Notes: generated from the sequence alone by a model not told the origin. Shown: positions 1-9,926, counted from the first letter of the stretch. The stretch is DNA of 64,000 nucleotides from Pseudomonadota bacterium (GCA_043797085.1 JAZDQA010000001.1:1-64000), one strand, 5' to 3'. Program-made: numbers and translations.

Positions 1-155
1 TAAACGTAAAAGCAGCTGAGTCAAATATTCGTGATGTTGATTTTGCGGCAGAGTCTGCAAACTTCTCTAAGTACAACATTTTAGCTCAATCTGGCTCTTA
101 TGCTATGTCTCAAGCGAATGCGGTACAGCAAAACGTTCTAAAGCTACTCCAGTAG
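1..155 (+). CDS. Flagellin, C-terminal fragment (truncated by window start)
   Basis: Frame starting at 3 reads [50 protein letters not shown], the conserved flagellin C-terminal D0 helix; TAG at 153-155; not in the ORF track. Confidence 0.95.
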   Translation, partial: NVKAAESNIRDVDFAAESANFSKYNILAQSGSYAMSQANAVQQNVLKLLQ

Positions 156-163
156 TGCGATAG

Positions 164-181
164 AGCTACCGTAAGGTAGCT
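164..181. terminator. Hairpin between convergent flagellin and maf genes
   Basis: AGCTACC-GTAA-GGTAGCT perfect 7 bp stem with GNRA loop. Confidence 0.6.
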
Positions 182-2205
182 TATTGTTCTATTTGAAATC
201 GCTCACTTATCTGCTCATGAAACTTAGCCATCAACTCTTGATATTTAACTTCGTCTCGTATGATTTCTTTTTTTACAGGATAAACAATCTGTTGTTTCCA
301 ATCATCAGACCATGTTTCTACTGCACGTATAATAATTTCACGTTCAGCATCAATTCCTCCGGCAAAGGTAAAGAGCCAATAGCGATGAGCCAATAACCAA
401 CTAATCATTTTTGCTTTTCTATCATCATCGTCTTCAACTCTCATCACTTCAATTTTAACAAAATCAAGTTCAAAATGAAGTAGCATAGATTGTAAAATAT
501 CGTAATAAAGCTGTTTGAAAATTGGCTCACTTAGATATGCTTTGATAGTATCGATTTCATCCATCAATGGGATTAGTGTTTCAAAAGTGATTTCTTCAAG
601 CCGACCTTCTTCAAGCAGAACAATAAAGTTTTCTGAGGCAGCTTGGATGTCCATAAATGCTTTTTCTATTACCTCTTGACGATTAACTGTGTCTTGAAGC
701 CATAGATTTATTTTTTCAATAATTTGTTGTTTGTGTGCTAGGGCTTCATCTTTGGGAGTATTAGGGAGAGCAAAAAGAGATTTTGGTGTTGAAAAATCAA
801 CATACTGCTCAATTGCATCCTCAAAAGAGAGTTCTATAGCTCCAGGAATACGCGCTCCTCCCTCAGTACAGTTGATTGTTTGAATGAAAGTTTTGCTTGA
901 ATTAATAGCTCGTTCAAAATAGCTTTTAAACATATTCCAATACATAGTTGTACGTATCTCTTCACCACCACCATAAGCTTCAACATAAAAATCATGCCCC
1001 TCAACTTTCTCTTCATCAACCCCAAAAAAGTGGTCACTGGCATGTGAGGTATTGTCTCTTCCAAATGCAAGATCTTGCCCAATAAGTAGGACTTGTTCAA
1101 ATTTAAGGGAAATAGCCATCTCATGGGCTAAATTGGCGGCACTCATCCCGACTCCAAGGTATCCATACTGGTGAAGTTCAAAAAAATGGGTATAGCTGTG
1201 TGGACGCATTTGTAGAACTTTTGTACCTGTTTTGATGGCATCTAACACTTCGTGATGCGCAATGGAAACACAAATGAAATGAACCCCTTCTTGAGATTCA
1301 GGAAGATTATTTTTAAAGAAATTGGCAGTCTCTGGAATACGCTCTAAAACGGTGACAAAGTCAGGTTTGATTCCGTGTCGCTCTAAGATCGGAAAGCTGG
1401 CATCAACACAAATAATAGTGACATAGTCTTTTATTTTTTTTAGAAGGGGAATTTGCTTAGTTAGACTGGGTCCAGTAGAGACAACAATGGCTGTCTTGGG
1501 GTAGTGGAGCGAGTAGAGAGAATTAAGCTGTGGACCCTCTATCATAGCGGGGAGATTTTTAATGTGATGCTCGATACCCATCAGTGTGTCTTCTGCTGAA
1601 TTTCCATACCCTATAATCGTCGTTTCAAAGGCTTGAATGAGTATTTTATTAATATGGAGTATATTCTCAAGGTAAAAGTGTTCATAGTAGTTGGACACGT
1701 ACTCAAGTTTAAAAAGTTTGGCAAAGAGCTGTGCATTAGAATTGGAAATAAGATAGGAGGCTTTGACAAAATCAAAATCATCAGCATGCTCTAAAATTAA
1801 TTTTCGAGAGAGTATAGGTTCTGAAAAATCAAAAAGATGAAGGGAGATATAAAACATTTCCAAATTGGGCTCAATGACTGTAATAGATTCAATCCATTCA
1901 TCACTTAAGAGCATTTGAAGAACAACCCCCGTCCCGATACCGTAAAGATAGCGATATGGGACATGGTCTCCATCACGAAGGGCTTGGGCTTTGACAAGAG
2001 TGTCACTGATTGGATTGGCGTAAAGAAAGGATTGCAGTTCAATATCAAGAATATTGATATTTGCCAAATCTTTGCCTTGGAATACTTCAAAGCGTGTGTT
2101 GGTTTGTATTTGGAAAAGTTTTCCCATTAAGCGAGGATTGATTTGGAAAAGTACTTGGAGATTTTTTTCAAAAGTTGGGTTGAGGGTTAGGGTTGATTCG
2201 TCCAC
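181..2205 (-). CDS. maf: Motility accessory factor (Maf) flagellin glycosyltransferase, DUF115/MptE-like
   Basis: FEKNLQVLFQINP N-terminus, AIVVSTGPSLTKQIPLLK, LIGQDLAF, INCTEGGARIPG motifs; adjacent to flagellin and pse genes. Confidence 0.9.
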   Translation of the reverse strand: MDESTLTLNPTFEKNLQVLFQINPRLMGKLFQIQTNTRFEVFQGKDLANINILDIELQSFLYANPISDTLVKAQALRDGDHVPYRYLYGIGTGVVLQMLLSDEWIESITVIEPNLEMFYISLHLFDFSEPILSRKLILEHADDFDFVKASYLISNSNAQLFAKLFKLEYVSNYYEHFYLENILHINKILIQAFETTIIGYGNSAEDTLMGIEHHIKNLPAMIEGPQLNSLYSLHYPKTAIVVSTGPSLTKQIPLLKKIKDYVTIICVDASFPILERHGIKPDFVTVLERIPETANFFKNNLPESQEGVHFICVSIAHHEVLDAIKTGTKVLQMRPHSYTHFFELHQYGYLGVGMSAANLAHEMAISLKFEQVLLIGQDLAFGRDNTSHASDHFFGVDEEKVEGHDFYVEAYGGGEEIRTTMYWNMFKSYFERAINSSKTFIQTINCTEGGARIPGAIELSFEDAIEQYVDFSTPKSLFALPNTPKDEALAHKQQIIEKINLWLQDTVNRQEVIEKAFMDIQAASENFIVLLEEGRLEEITFETLIPLMDEIDTIKAYLSEPIFKQLYYDILQSMLLHFELDFVKIEVMRVEDDDDRKAKMISWLLAHRYWLFTFAGGIDAEREIIIRAVETWSDDWKQQIVYPVKKEIIRDEVKYQELMAKFHEQISERFQIEQ

Positions 2206-2216
2206 GATTATCCTTT

Positions 2217-3554
2217 TTAGTATCTTGGGGTTACGGCTGTAACCGATGAAAGTATCTCGATTGAGGAAAGATACTTTAGAAATTCTAAGAGAAGTTTATC
2301 ACTATATTTTTTGGATACAGCACTAACTCCAATAGGCAAGCCATTTTTTCCTTTTAAAACGGGTAATGTTGCTATGGGAAGCCCTAAATAGGTCCAGATG
2401 AGATTGGCATCGGGAATATCAGGGGTTGTAAGTCCGATGGGGGCTTCATCGGCGGTGGCAAGGGTGATTAAAATATCATAGGGCTCACTCCAGCGGTCAA
2501 ATTCGAGTGTTTCACGAGATTGTTTTTCTAAGGCTTCTTGATACTGCTCTTTGGAAACTTTATTTCCCTCTTGGATAATGTCATAAAAGATAGGGCTCAT
2601 CAGTTCATGCTTGGCGTATTCATCTTTGAAATAATAGGCGAGTGATTTGTCGTAGATGGTTTGATGGGTAGTATGAATGGAGTCGCAAAAAGAAGGTAGA
2701 ACAACTTCTTCAACATGCAATCTGGAGTCTGTCAAATTGGCACACCATTGGCTAAAAACTTCTTTTGCGTAAGGGGATGCCAGTTCCCACTTTGGATGCT
2801 TGACTATTCCTACTCGAAAGATTTTATTGGGGATGCTTTGATAATTGTCAATATGCTGATGGACAAATTCGTAATTTTCCCCATGTACGCGTGAAGCTTC
2901 AAACATCAGAACCAAATCATCGACGCTTCGGCTAAAAAATCCGAGGGTATCGAGAGAATCGGTTGTTTTTAGAACACCGATACGAGGTAATACTCCAAAT
3001 GTCGGTTTAAATCCATATATCCCGCAATAACTTGCCGGTCTGCTAATCGATCCGGCGGTTTGTGACCCTAGCGCGATTGGAACCATCCCAGAGGCAACTG
3101 CGACGGCTGAACCGCTTGACGAGGTTCCCGGAGAGCGGGTGAGATCGTGAGGGTTGCGGGTTTTATCCTGATAATGGACGGCAAATTCGGCGGTTACGGT
3201 CTTGCCTAGCATAAGTGCACCTGCACGGCGAAGGTAATGGATAATACGCGCATCATTTCCGGGGGTAAAATCCCTCCACAAAGGTGAGCCCATTTGGGTT
3301 GGCATATCAAAGGTATTGTAGATGTCTTTGACTCCGATAGGGATACCGTAGAGGGGATGGTCTTCTTGTAAATAGGTCTCTATTTTAGTGAGTTGTGCTT
3401 CTATGGCTTCTTCATCAAGGGTTTCCCATGCATTTACAAGAGTGTCAATTTCGTGAATGCGTTGAAGAGACGCACGCACTATCTCTTTTGGGGTAATCAT
3501 TTTTGATTGTAACAGTTCTAATAATTCGGTTGCAGTGTAGTCGGTTAGGTTCAT
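2217..3554 (-). CDS. Amidase-signature family protein (GatA-like)
   Basis: GIPIGVKD (catalytic Lys), PGTSSSGSAVAVA, GSQTAGSISRPASYCG (Ser-cisSer-Lys triad). Confidence 0.88.
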   Translation of the reverse strand: MNLTDYTATELLELLQSKMITPKEIVRASLQRIHEIDTLVNAWETLDEEAIEAQLTKIETYLQEDHPLYGIPIGVKDIYNTFDMPTQMGSPLWRDFTPGNDARIIHYLRRAGALMLGKTVTAEFAVHYQDKTRNPHDLTRSPGTSSSGSAVAVASGMVPIALGSQTAGSISRPASYCGIYGFKPTFGVLPRIGVLKTTDSLDTLGFFSRSVDDLVLMFEASRVHGENYEFVHQHIDNYQSIPNKIFRVGIVKHPKWELASPYAKEVFSQWCANLTDSRLHVEEVVLPSFCDSIHTTHQTIYDKSLAYYFKDEYAKHELMSPIFYDIIQEGNKVSKEQYQEALEKQSRETLEFDRWSEPYDILITLATADEAPIGLTTPDIPDANLIWTYLGLPIATLPVLKGKNGLPIGVSAVSKKYSDKLLLEFLKYLSSIEILSSVTAVTPRY

Positions 3555-4648
3555 CGGCTCTCTCTAAACTTTCCTTGGCGCATCGCTTTGAGGACATTGG
3601 TGTACTCCTCTTCGGTGATGTTTGCCATGTCTAAAAATTCGTCCAGATAGGTGGGACGTTGCTGATCGTATTTTTTAGCGATCTCAAACCCTTCCTCGCG
3701 GGTGAGTAATCCGGCACGTACATCGGCGCTTGCCTGATCGGTTCCACGCCCAAATCCGCGTTTAACGAATTTCATATGATCGTGCATGGTCTCAAATTTG
3801 CATTCGTTTCCTTTGAACCCTTTGTAGTGACCAAGACGGTGTTCTTCTCTCCAGTCGTACTCTTTTTTGATAAACTCCATTTGGCGCTCATCATCCCAAA
3901 AGAGATAATCTCCCAAATGCAAACCGACCACTCCGACACGCTCAATATCTTCAAAGCTTGGAAGTTCAAACGGTTTGAGGTCTTTGCGGGTGATCTCTTC
4001 ATCAATCATCTGTTCGGGATAGAGTTTTGCAGAGACTTTGGTGAAATAGTCACGATCAAATTTTTGGACATTGTCTCGAAAATCGGCACGACCGCTGCTT
4101 TCACACACTGATTCTCCCCAAATAAGAAGGGGGATATTGAACTTAACAGCAATTTGGAGGGGAAATGCACCCACTCCAGCATGGCAATGCCAACATGAGT
4201 CCCCGATTTTGTAAAAGGATTTAACAAAGAGTTTTTTGACAAGCGCTTTGTTGGGAGTGAACATGATATGATCGATTTCGAGCTTTTCTAAGGCATTTTC
4301 AAGATTATATTTTCCCGTTTCAGAGTACCAATTATGGTTAAAAGTGACGGCTAGGGGTTTCATTCCATACACTTTTTTGAGGACATGGAGCTGAAAAACG
4401 CTATCTTTTCCACCACTAATAGGGATAATACAGTCGTAATTGTCCTGAGCCTTTTCTTTATAACCCTCTAGTGTTTCACGTAAAATAGCTTCACTTTTTT
4501 TCCAGTTGATGCGCATTTTTTGCTCTTGTGCTCGACAGGCAAGACAAATTCCAAGTTCATCAAACTGCATCCCCTCGTTTGAGCTTGGCATACAGCAGCG
4601 GGTACAATATTGTAGATAATCTTTATAAAGCGGTTCGCCGTAATTCAT
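3551..4648 (-). CDS. N-acetyl sugar amidotransferase (PseA/WbuX/WbpG family)
   Basis: CTRCCMP...CLAC, PP-loop SGGKDS, CWHCH, GLLTREEG motifs. Confidence 0.88.
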   Translation of the reverse strand: MNYGEPLYKDYLQYCTRCCMPSSNEGMQFDELGICLACRAQEQKMRINWKKSEAILRETLEGYKEKAQDNYDCIIPISGGKDSVFQLHVLKKVYGMKPLAVTFNHNWYSETGKYNLENALEKLEIDHIMFTPNKALVKKLFVKSFYKIGDSCWHCHAGVGAFPLQIAVKFNIPLLIWGESVCESSGRADFRDNVQKFDRDYFTKVSAKLYPEQMIDEEITRKDLKPFELPSFEDIERVGVVGLHLGDYLFWDDERQMEFIKKEYDWREEHRLGHYKGFKGNECKFETMHDHMKFVKRGFGRGTDQASADVRAGLLTREEGFEIAKKYDQQRPTYLDEFLDMANITEEEYTNVLKAMRQGKFRESR

Positions 4649-5187
4649 TTTTGACCTTTGATATAATCGTTATAAAGTATTCCATATTCCACAATATCGG
4701 CAAATTGACCATTTTTAAAAAGTGCATCAGGGCGCACCCCTTCTCTCCTCATTCCTAGTTTTAAGGCAAGAGTTTGCATCCCTAAATTCTGTCCGTGAGT
4801 ACCGCAATAAAGACGATGAAGTTTTAGGGTTATGAACGCATATTCTATCAGTAATTTTGCTGCTTCGTAACCGATTCCTTTGCCATAAGTGCTTGGATTG
4901 CCAAGGAGAATTGCGAATTCAGCACTTTGGTTTTTTTTTGAAATTTGCTGAAGAGCAATATTCCCAATATGGTGATCGTTCTCTTTTAAACAGATAGCAA
5001 AAACAGCGTATGCGGAATTGTTTGTGACGCTTTGGATATACTCTCTTGCCATTTCCTTCGTATAGAGAGAGTCAGCGTGAGAGTTGTAGCGACACACATC
5101 AGGGTCGTTGAGCCATGTGGGATAGTCTCCTTGTGCATCTTTAAGCTCGATGGATCGACAATAAATTCGGGTTCCTTCCAATCTCAT
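4645..5187 (-). CDS. GNAT N-acetyltransferase (RimL/PseH-like)
   Basis: HIGNI..., GKGIGYEA acetyl-CoA motif, KLGMRREG; start reassigned to ATG 5187 (ATGA overlap with upstream stop). Confidence 0.85.
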   Translation of the reverse strand: MRLEGTRIYCRSIELKDAQGDYPTWLNDPDVCRYNSHADSLYTKEMAREYIQSVTNNSAYAVFAICLKENDHHIGNIALQQISKKNQSAEFAILLGNPSTYGKGIGYEAAKLLIEYAFITLKLHRLYCGTHGQNLGMQTLALKLGMRREGVRPDALFKNGQFADIVEYGILYNDYIKGQK

Positions 5188-6488
5188 AAAAGCTCCATGC
5201 GGTTTTCCCACACTTTAGCAAATGCATTTACTACATCATCCATATCAGGTTTAGTCATTCCTGGACGCATAAATTCGTGGGTTACAAGTCGATTATAGTG
5301 CATCTCTTCGGTTATCGGGCAGAGTCCTTTGGGGTAGGTTACGTCACTAAGAGTAAAAGGGTAACCATCACGACCAAATGCGATACGTTCTTGATAAAGC
5401 GGTTGCAAGTAGAGTGGTTTGACGTAGCCGTAGCTTAGCAGTACGGTGGACTCTTCACGCAACAGTGTCGGAGGAAGTTCGGCTTTTACCGCGTCGATAA
5501 AGCGGTTGCGGTGCATTCCTGCCACTTTTTCATCAAACTGTAATGGGTGGACGTAGAAAGCATGCTTGGTGTTTGGACGTATTTTTGTTGGTAATATACA
5601 AGGAATTTGGGCTAATTTTTCGTTTAGATAGGCAGTGTTTTCTAAACGTTGTTCTAATAACGTAGGGAGCTTTTTGAGCTGTTCTCTGGCAATAGCAGCT
5701 TCAATTTCTGTCATGCGGTAGTTAAAGCCGACCATATTGATAAGTTCGCTTTTGTCTTCTACCCCTTTGGCAGAGAGTACCGCTTCGGCATGGTTGCGAA
5801 TAAGTCGGAGTTTGTGTGCGAGAACATCATCATCAGTGACAATAATCCCCCCCTCACCACTGTGGATATGTTTGTGATAATTGAGCGAATAGATACCAAT
5901 GTCACCCAGTGTCCCTGCAAATTTCCCCTCCAACATCGCACCCGGAGCTTGTGCAGCATCTTCGATTACATAGAGATTGTGCTTTTTTGCCAGCGCATTG
6001 ATCGCATCACGATTATAGGGCTGACCAAAGATATCAACGACGATAATGGCTTTGGTACGAGGGGTGATTTTCGCTTCGATGCTTTTGACATCGAGACAAT
6101 AATATTCCTCTTCGATGTCGGCAAAGATGGGGATAGCACCATAGACGAGGGCCGCGGTTGCGGAGGCGCTCATGGTGTAGGCGCTGACAATCACTTCATC
6201 CCCCGGGCTGATGCCGCATGCTCCTACTGCTGCATACAAACCACTGGTGGCTGAGTTGACGCTGATGGCATGTTTGACACCGAAATAGTTACTCCACTCT
6301 TTTTCGAGGGCACGCACTTCTGGTCCACCGTAAAAATCATCGTGCCATGTACCCAAATAGGTGGAAAGTTTACCGCTACGCAATACTCTTAAAACGGCTT
6401 CTTCTTCTTGGATTCCAATGGTATTGTAAGCTGGAAAAGGAGTGGAACGCAGCTTTGTGCCGCCGTTAATGGCTAATTTTTTCATCAA
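5184..6488 (-). CDS. DegT/DnrJ/EryC1/StrS PLP-dependent sugar aminotransferase
   Basis: NSATSGL, IEDAAQA, SLNYHKHIHSGEGG, GFNYRMTE motifs. Confidence 0.9.
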   Translation of the reverse strand: MMKKLAINGGTKLRSTPFPAYNTIGIQEEEAVLRVLRSGKLSTYLGTWHDDFYGGPEVRALEKEWSNYFGVKHAISVNSATSGLYAAVGACGISPGDEVIVSAYTMSASATAALVYGAIPIFADIEEEYYCLDVKSIEAKITPRTKAIIVVDIFGQPYNRDAINALAKKHNLYVIEDAAQAPGAMLEGKFAGTLGDIGIYSLNYHKHIHSGEGGIIVTDDDVLAHKLRLIRNHAEAVLSAKGVEDKSELINMVGFNYRMTEIEAAIAREQLKKLPTLLEQRLENTAYLNEKLAQIPCILPTKIRPNTKHAFYVHPLQFDEKVAGMHRNRFIDAVKAELPPTLLREESTVLLSYGYVKPLYLQPLYQERIAFGRDGYPFTLSDVTYPKGLCPITEEMHYNRLVTHEFMRPGMTKPDMDDVVNAFAKVWENRMELL

Positions 6489-7438
6489 TATACCTTTTCC
6501 ATGGTCTGAAAAATACGTTCGTGTATTTGGAGATGTTCATGCAGGATATGTCTACATTCTTCATCGCTCTTGTGAATTAAAAACTCCAATGAATCGAGCG
6601 CATAGCGTGAAAGATTAGTAGTAATAGTATCATGCAGTTCCAATGTAAAATACCCTTTATATAGGGGTGATGGAATTTTCGAGTATATATCTATTTTCTC
6701 CCCCCCTTCTAGTACTTTAATGACTGCTGTTTCAAACCAAAGTGTGATTTCAAACAGTGAGTAATCCGGAGATTTTAGAACCGATATGGCTCCCTCCCCA
6801 TTTTCGAGGGAGATTCCAAACTCTCCGCATACGTCGCCCTGACAATGGGAAGCACTAAAAGGTTTTATAGAGTTCAAGTTTCCTAAAAAATGGCTCAAAA
6901 CAGCCAGCAAATGAGAGCCGTTATGGAGAAGTCCTTTGGTGCATACTCCTTGAAACCCGAGGTTTTCTCCAAAGTCCCCTTTTTGTATACGGTTTGCAAG
7001 TGCAATAAATGCAGGATTGTATCGACGCATGAGATTGATAATGATTTTTTTCGGGCTGTTTTTTATAAGCATGTAGAGTGTTGATAACTCTTCTTTGGTT
7101 GCAACGACAGGTTTTTCACATAAAATCATCGGACAATCACTGCGCTGTATGAGAATAGAGAGATGATTGAAATGGGCTGCTGTAATCGATGTTATTGATG
7201 CAATATCATAAGATTCACTGCCCAGTTCTTCAATGGAAAAATAGCGCTTTACTTCTCCCCATCGTTCCATAAATGCAAAAACATTAAGTTCACTTGGCTC
7301 ACAGATAGCAGTAATTTTTGTATCAGGACATTGGGTATAGGCGTGGGCATGGCTGGCTATATTTGTAGATTTTGGAGAATCAATCAGCCCGCCGATACTG
7401 CCTGCTCCGATGATAAGTGCTTTGAGGGGTTGTGCCAT
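6485..7438 (-). CDS. Gfo/Idh/MocA family NAD-dependent oxidoreductase
   Basis: LIIGAGSIG Rossmann motif, LCEKP, HNGSH. Confidence 0.85.
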   Translation of the reverse strand: MAQPLKALIIGAGSIGGLIDSPKSTNIASHAHAYTQCPDTKITAICEPSELNVFAFMERWGEVKRYFSIEELGSESYDIASITSITAAHFNHLSILIQRSDCPMILCEKPVVATKEELSTLYMLIKNSPKKIIINLMRRYNPAFIALANRIQKGDFGENLGFQGVCTKGLLHNGSHLLAVLSHFLGNLNSIKPFSASHCQGDVCGEFGISLENGEGAISVLKSPDYSLFEITLWFETAVIKVLEGGEKIDIYSKIPSPLYKGYFTLELHDTITTNLSRYALDSLEFLIHKSDEECRHILHEHLQIHERIFQTMEKVY

Positions 7439-8434
7439 TTAGCCCTTGCCTGTGATTGTTTTTAAAAACAAAGCAAAATCCATACCGAAATCATCGAGCG
7501 AGACGGAAACGGGCGATAAATGAAAAGGTTTGAGCATTTTTAGATTTCTAAGTTGTTGTGATACAGGTAAAGGAAGTAAAAAATCTCTATTTTTGCTAGG
7601 GAGATAGGAGAGGACTATTTTACCTATAAGAGCCGCAGTATAGAGAGCCATGGTGTCAAAACCAAGGATGATTTTAGCCCTGAGCAGTTGATCGGTAAGA
7701 GCAAATGTTTTGGCATCGTTAATCTGGACACGGATATGAGGATACTTTTGTAAGATTTTTTTAAATCCTGATGAGGTTTCACTGGGATGGAGACGGATGG
7801 AAAGACCTGCACACCCAAATTTATCAAAGTTTGTTAGAATCTCTTCTAAGGCTGTGTATTGAGTAAATCCCCAGTAGTTAGCGTCATCATGTGTTTCTTT
7901 TGCTACTGCATCAGTGGGTTCGCTCAAAAAAAGGAGGTTTTGAGTGGGAGTGATATGTTTTACTTTTGCTTCATTGACCAGTTTTTGGAGATAGAAATTG
8001 GGAAGAGCAATAGAATGAGGTAAGTTTAATGATGTAGCAATCTGAAATGCTTTTTCATCGGCTACACAGGTAAAATCGCCACAGTTTTCTTCCCAGTCTT
8101 CTTGCGGATACCCAAACCGTTCACGGTAACTGCTCCAATGATCTAAAAATGCAACGGTAGGAATGGCATGATTTTTACAATAGTGCACATACGGACGTTC
8201 ACATTTCTCTTGCCATCCTGTACCAAAAAATAAAATATCAGGCTTGAGTGCGTCAAGTTGTTGCACTGCATCACGAATGGGCTGATAGGGGAGAGAATTA
8301 TGTTCACAAATAATAGCCATCGGACTTTTTGAATGGGCAAAAATATGCCATGTCGCGCTATTATGATGTTGAATAATTAGGGCGCATAGGAGCTGTGAAC
8401 TCCCAGCATCGTGAGAGACAACGGCAATGGTCAT
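7439..8434 (-). CDS. Hypothetical protein, possible GT-B fold (glycosyltransferase-like)
   Basis: Start ATG 8434 overlaps pseI stop (ATGA); HDAG, LDHW..YRERF, RLHP motifs; function inferred only. Confidence 0.6.
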   Translation of the reverse strand: MTIAVVSHDAGSSQLLCALIIQHHNSATWHIFAHSKSPMAIICEHNSLPYQPIRDAVQQLDALKPDILFFGTGWQEKCERPYVHYCKNHAIPTVAFLDHWSSYRERFGYPQEDWEENCGDFTCVADEKAFQIATSLNLPHSIALPNFYLQKLVNEAKVKHITPTQNLLFLSEPTDAVAKETHDDANYWGFTQYTALEEILTNFDKFGCAGLSIRLHPSETSSGFKKILQKYPHIRVQINDAKTFALTDQLLRAKIILGFDTMALYTAALIGKIVLSYLPSKNRDFLLPLPVSQQLRNLKMLKPFHLSPVSVSLDDFGMDFALFLKTITGKG

Positions 8435-9465
8435 TCGATAAGTTCCCACGCCATTGGTGTCCCTTTTACATAATTAGTTTTAAAAGCTTTCCCCAAAATT
8501 TCTTTTAAGTGCTTTGGTGCTAAACCAAAGCCTGGACGGACGGAACGGACATTTTCAGATGTTAAAATGTCTCCTGCTTTGACATCTTCAGCAATGAAAA
8601 GACTGCGGGAAAATTCGCGGGATTTAAGGCTTTTAGGGGAGAGGTCATAGGTTACTTTTCCTAACAGTCTTTCGGTATCACGTACCGCATCAACCATAGT
8701 TCTAAACTCAGCGGGTTCGAGACTAAAAGCACTGTCTGCTCCCCCCATCTCCCGATCCAAAATAAAATGTTTTTCAAGAACACGAGCACCTAGGGCAACC
8801 GCAGCGATAGGAGCGCTTAGGCTCATGGTATGATCGCTTAATCCTACTGTAACACCAAACTGTTCAATCATGTCGGGGATAGTGAGGAGATTCATCTCCT
8901 CCAGTGCTGCCGGATATGCAGAGGTACATTTGAGCAGGGTGATTTGATTATTACCCATACGTCGGCATGCCTCCAGTGCTTCGTGAATATCCTCTAACGT
9001 TGCAATCCCTGTTGAGATGATGATGGGTTTTCCCTTGGAGGCCGTGTATTCAATAAGAGGGATGTCCGTGATCTCGAAACTGGCGATTTTGTACGCAGGG
9101 ACGTTTAAACTTTCGAGAAAATCAACAGCAGTGGGGTCAAATGGAGACGAGAACGCCTCCATCCCAAGGCTTTTTGCATGATTAAAAAGTTTCTCATGCC
9201 ATTCCCACGGGGTCATTGCCTCAGCGTAGAGGTCATAAAATTTACGTTTATCCCAAAGCGTACCTTGTGAAATTGTAAACATCTCATTCTCACAATTAAG
9301 AGTAATGGTATCTGGGGTATAGGTTTGCAGCTTGATGGCATCGGCACCAGAGCGGCTCATGGCTGTGATGGTTTTGAGTGCTGTTTCGAGTGAACCGTTG
9401 TGGTTGGCGGAGAGTTCGGCGATGATAAATACTTTATCGTCTGTAGTATGGTTTCCAAAAATCAT
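8431..9465 (-). CDS. pseI: Pseudaminic acid synthase
   Basis: FIIAELSANHNG, KLQTYTPDTIT, YKIASFE, GLSDHT, EKHF, C-terminal SAF domain VRSVRPGFGL; start ATG 9465. Confidence 0.92.
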   Translation of the reverse strand: MIFGNHTTDDKVFIIAELSANHNGSLETALKTITAMSRSGADAIKLQTYTPDTITLNCENEMFTISQGTLWDKRKFYDLYAEAMTPWEWHEKLFNHAKSLGMEAFSSPFDPTAVDFLESLNVPAYKIASFEITDIPLIEYTASKGKPIIISTGIATLEDIHEALEACRRMGNNQITLLKCTSAYPAALEEMNLLTIPDMIEQFGVTVGLSDHTMSLSAPIAAVALGARVLEKHFILDREMGGADSAFSLEPAEFRTMVDAVRDTERLLGKVTYDLSPKSLKSREFSRSLFIAEDVKAGDILTSENVRSVRPGFGLAPKHLKEILGKAFKTNYVKGTPMAWELIE

Positions 9466-9926
9466 AGGATTTTCTCCAGTGTAGTCATTTTTATTTCGTT
9501 GAGGGTGGCTTTGGTTGTTTCCATAAAAGCAAATTGTTGATATAAATGACATGCTCGTACATTGTGGTTTATGACGTTGGCAATGAGCTTTGAGACACCT
9601 AAGGTTATTGCAAAGTCGATGAGCTGTGTCATGAGAATTTTACCAACACCGCGTAAATCAGGATTGGCATAAATTCCAAGTTCTGCTGTAGAAGTTGTTA
9701 GACGATGAAGATTGATAACTCCCAGATAGCAATTTTCATCATGAACTAAAAAATACCATTTGTCGTCCCTTTGTTTGAGCGATTGGATGAAATTCAGGTG
9801 CTCCTGTGGGGATATTTCCTTTTGCTGAATCATCCATTTACGAATATCGGAATGATTACGCCACGAGAGAACCATCTCGTGCTGGAAGGGTTCAAGAGTG
9901 GTAAAATTGAGTAATTGCATCGGCAT
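9462..9926 (-). CDS. pseH: UDP-4-amino-4,6-dideoxy-AltNAc N-acetyltransferase
   Basis: LLNFTTL...MVLSWRNH..IRKWM, ELGIYANP; position between pseG and pseI. Confidence 0.82.
   Translation of the reverse strand: MPMQLLNFTTLEPFQHEMVLSWRNHSDIRKWMIQQKEISPQEHLNFIQSLKQRDDKWYFLVHDENCYLGVINLHRLTTSTAELGIYANPDLRGVGKILMTQLIDFAITLGVSKLIANVINHNVRACHLYQQFAFMETTKATLNEIKMTTLEKIL

Noticed and set aside
2217..3554. Housekeeping gatA
   Set aside because: No gatB/gatC nearby, divergent signature (GTSSSGS, GSQTAGS), and embedded in a glycosylation operon.
5847..6706. Two G7 tracts (coding strand) at 5847-5853 and 6700-6706 in glycan genes as phase-variation sites
   Set aside because: Only 7 nt long, both encode Glu-Gly-Gly (one is the conserved DegT GEGG motif), and the frames are intact.
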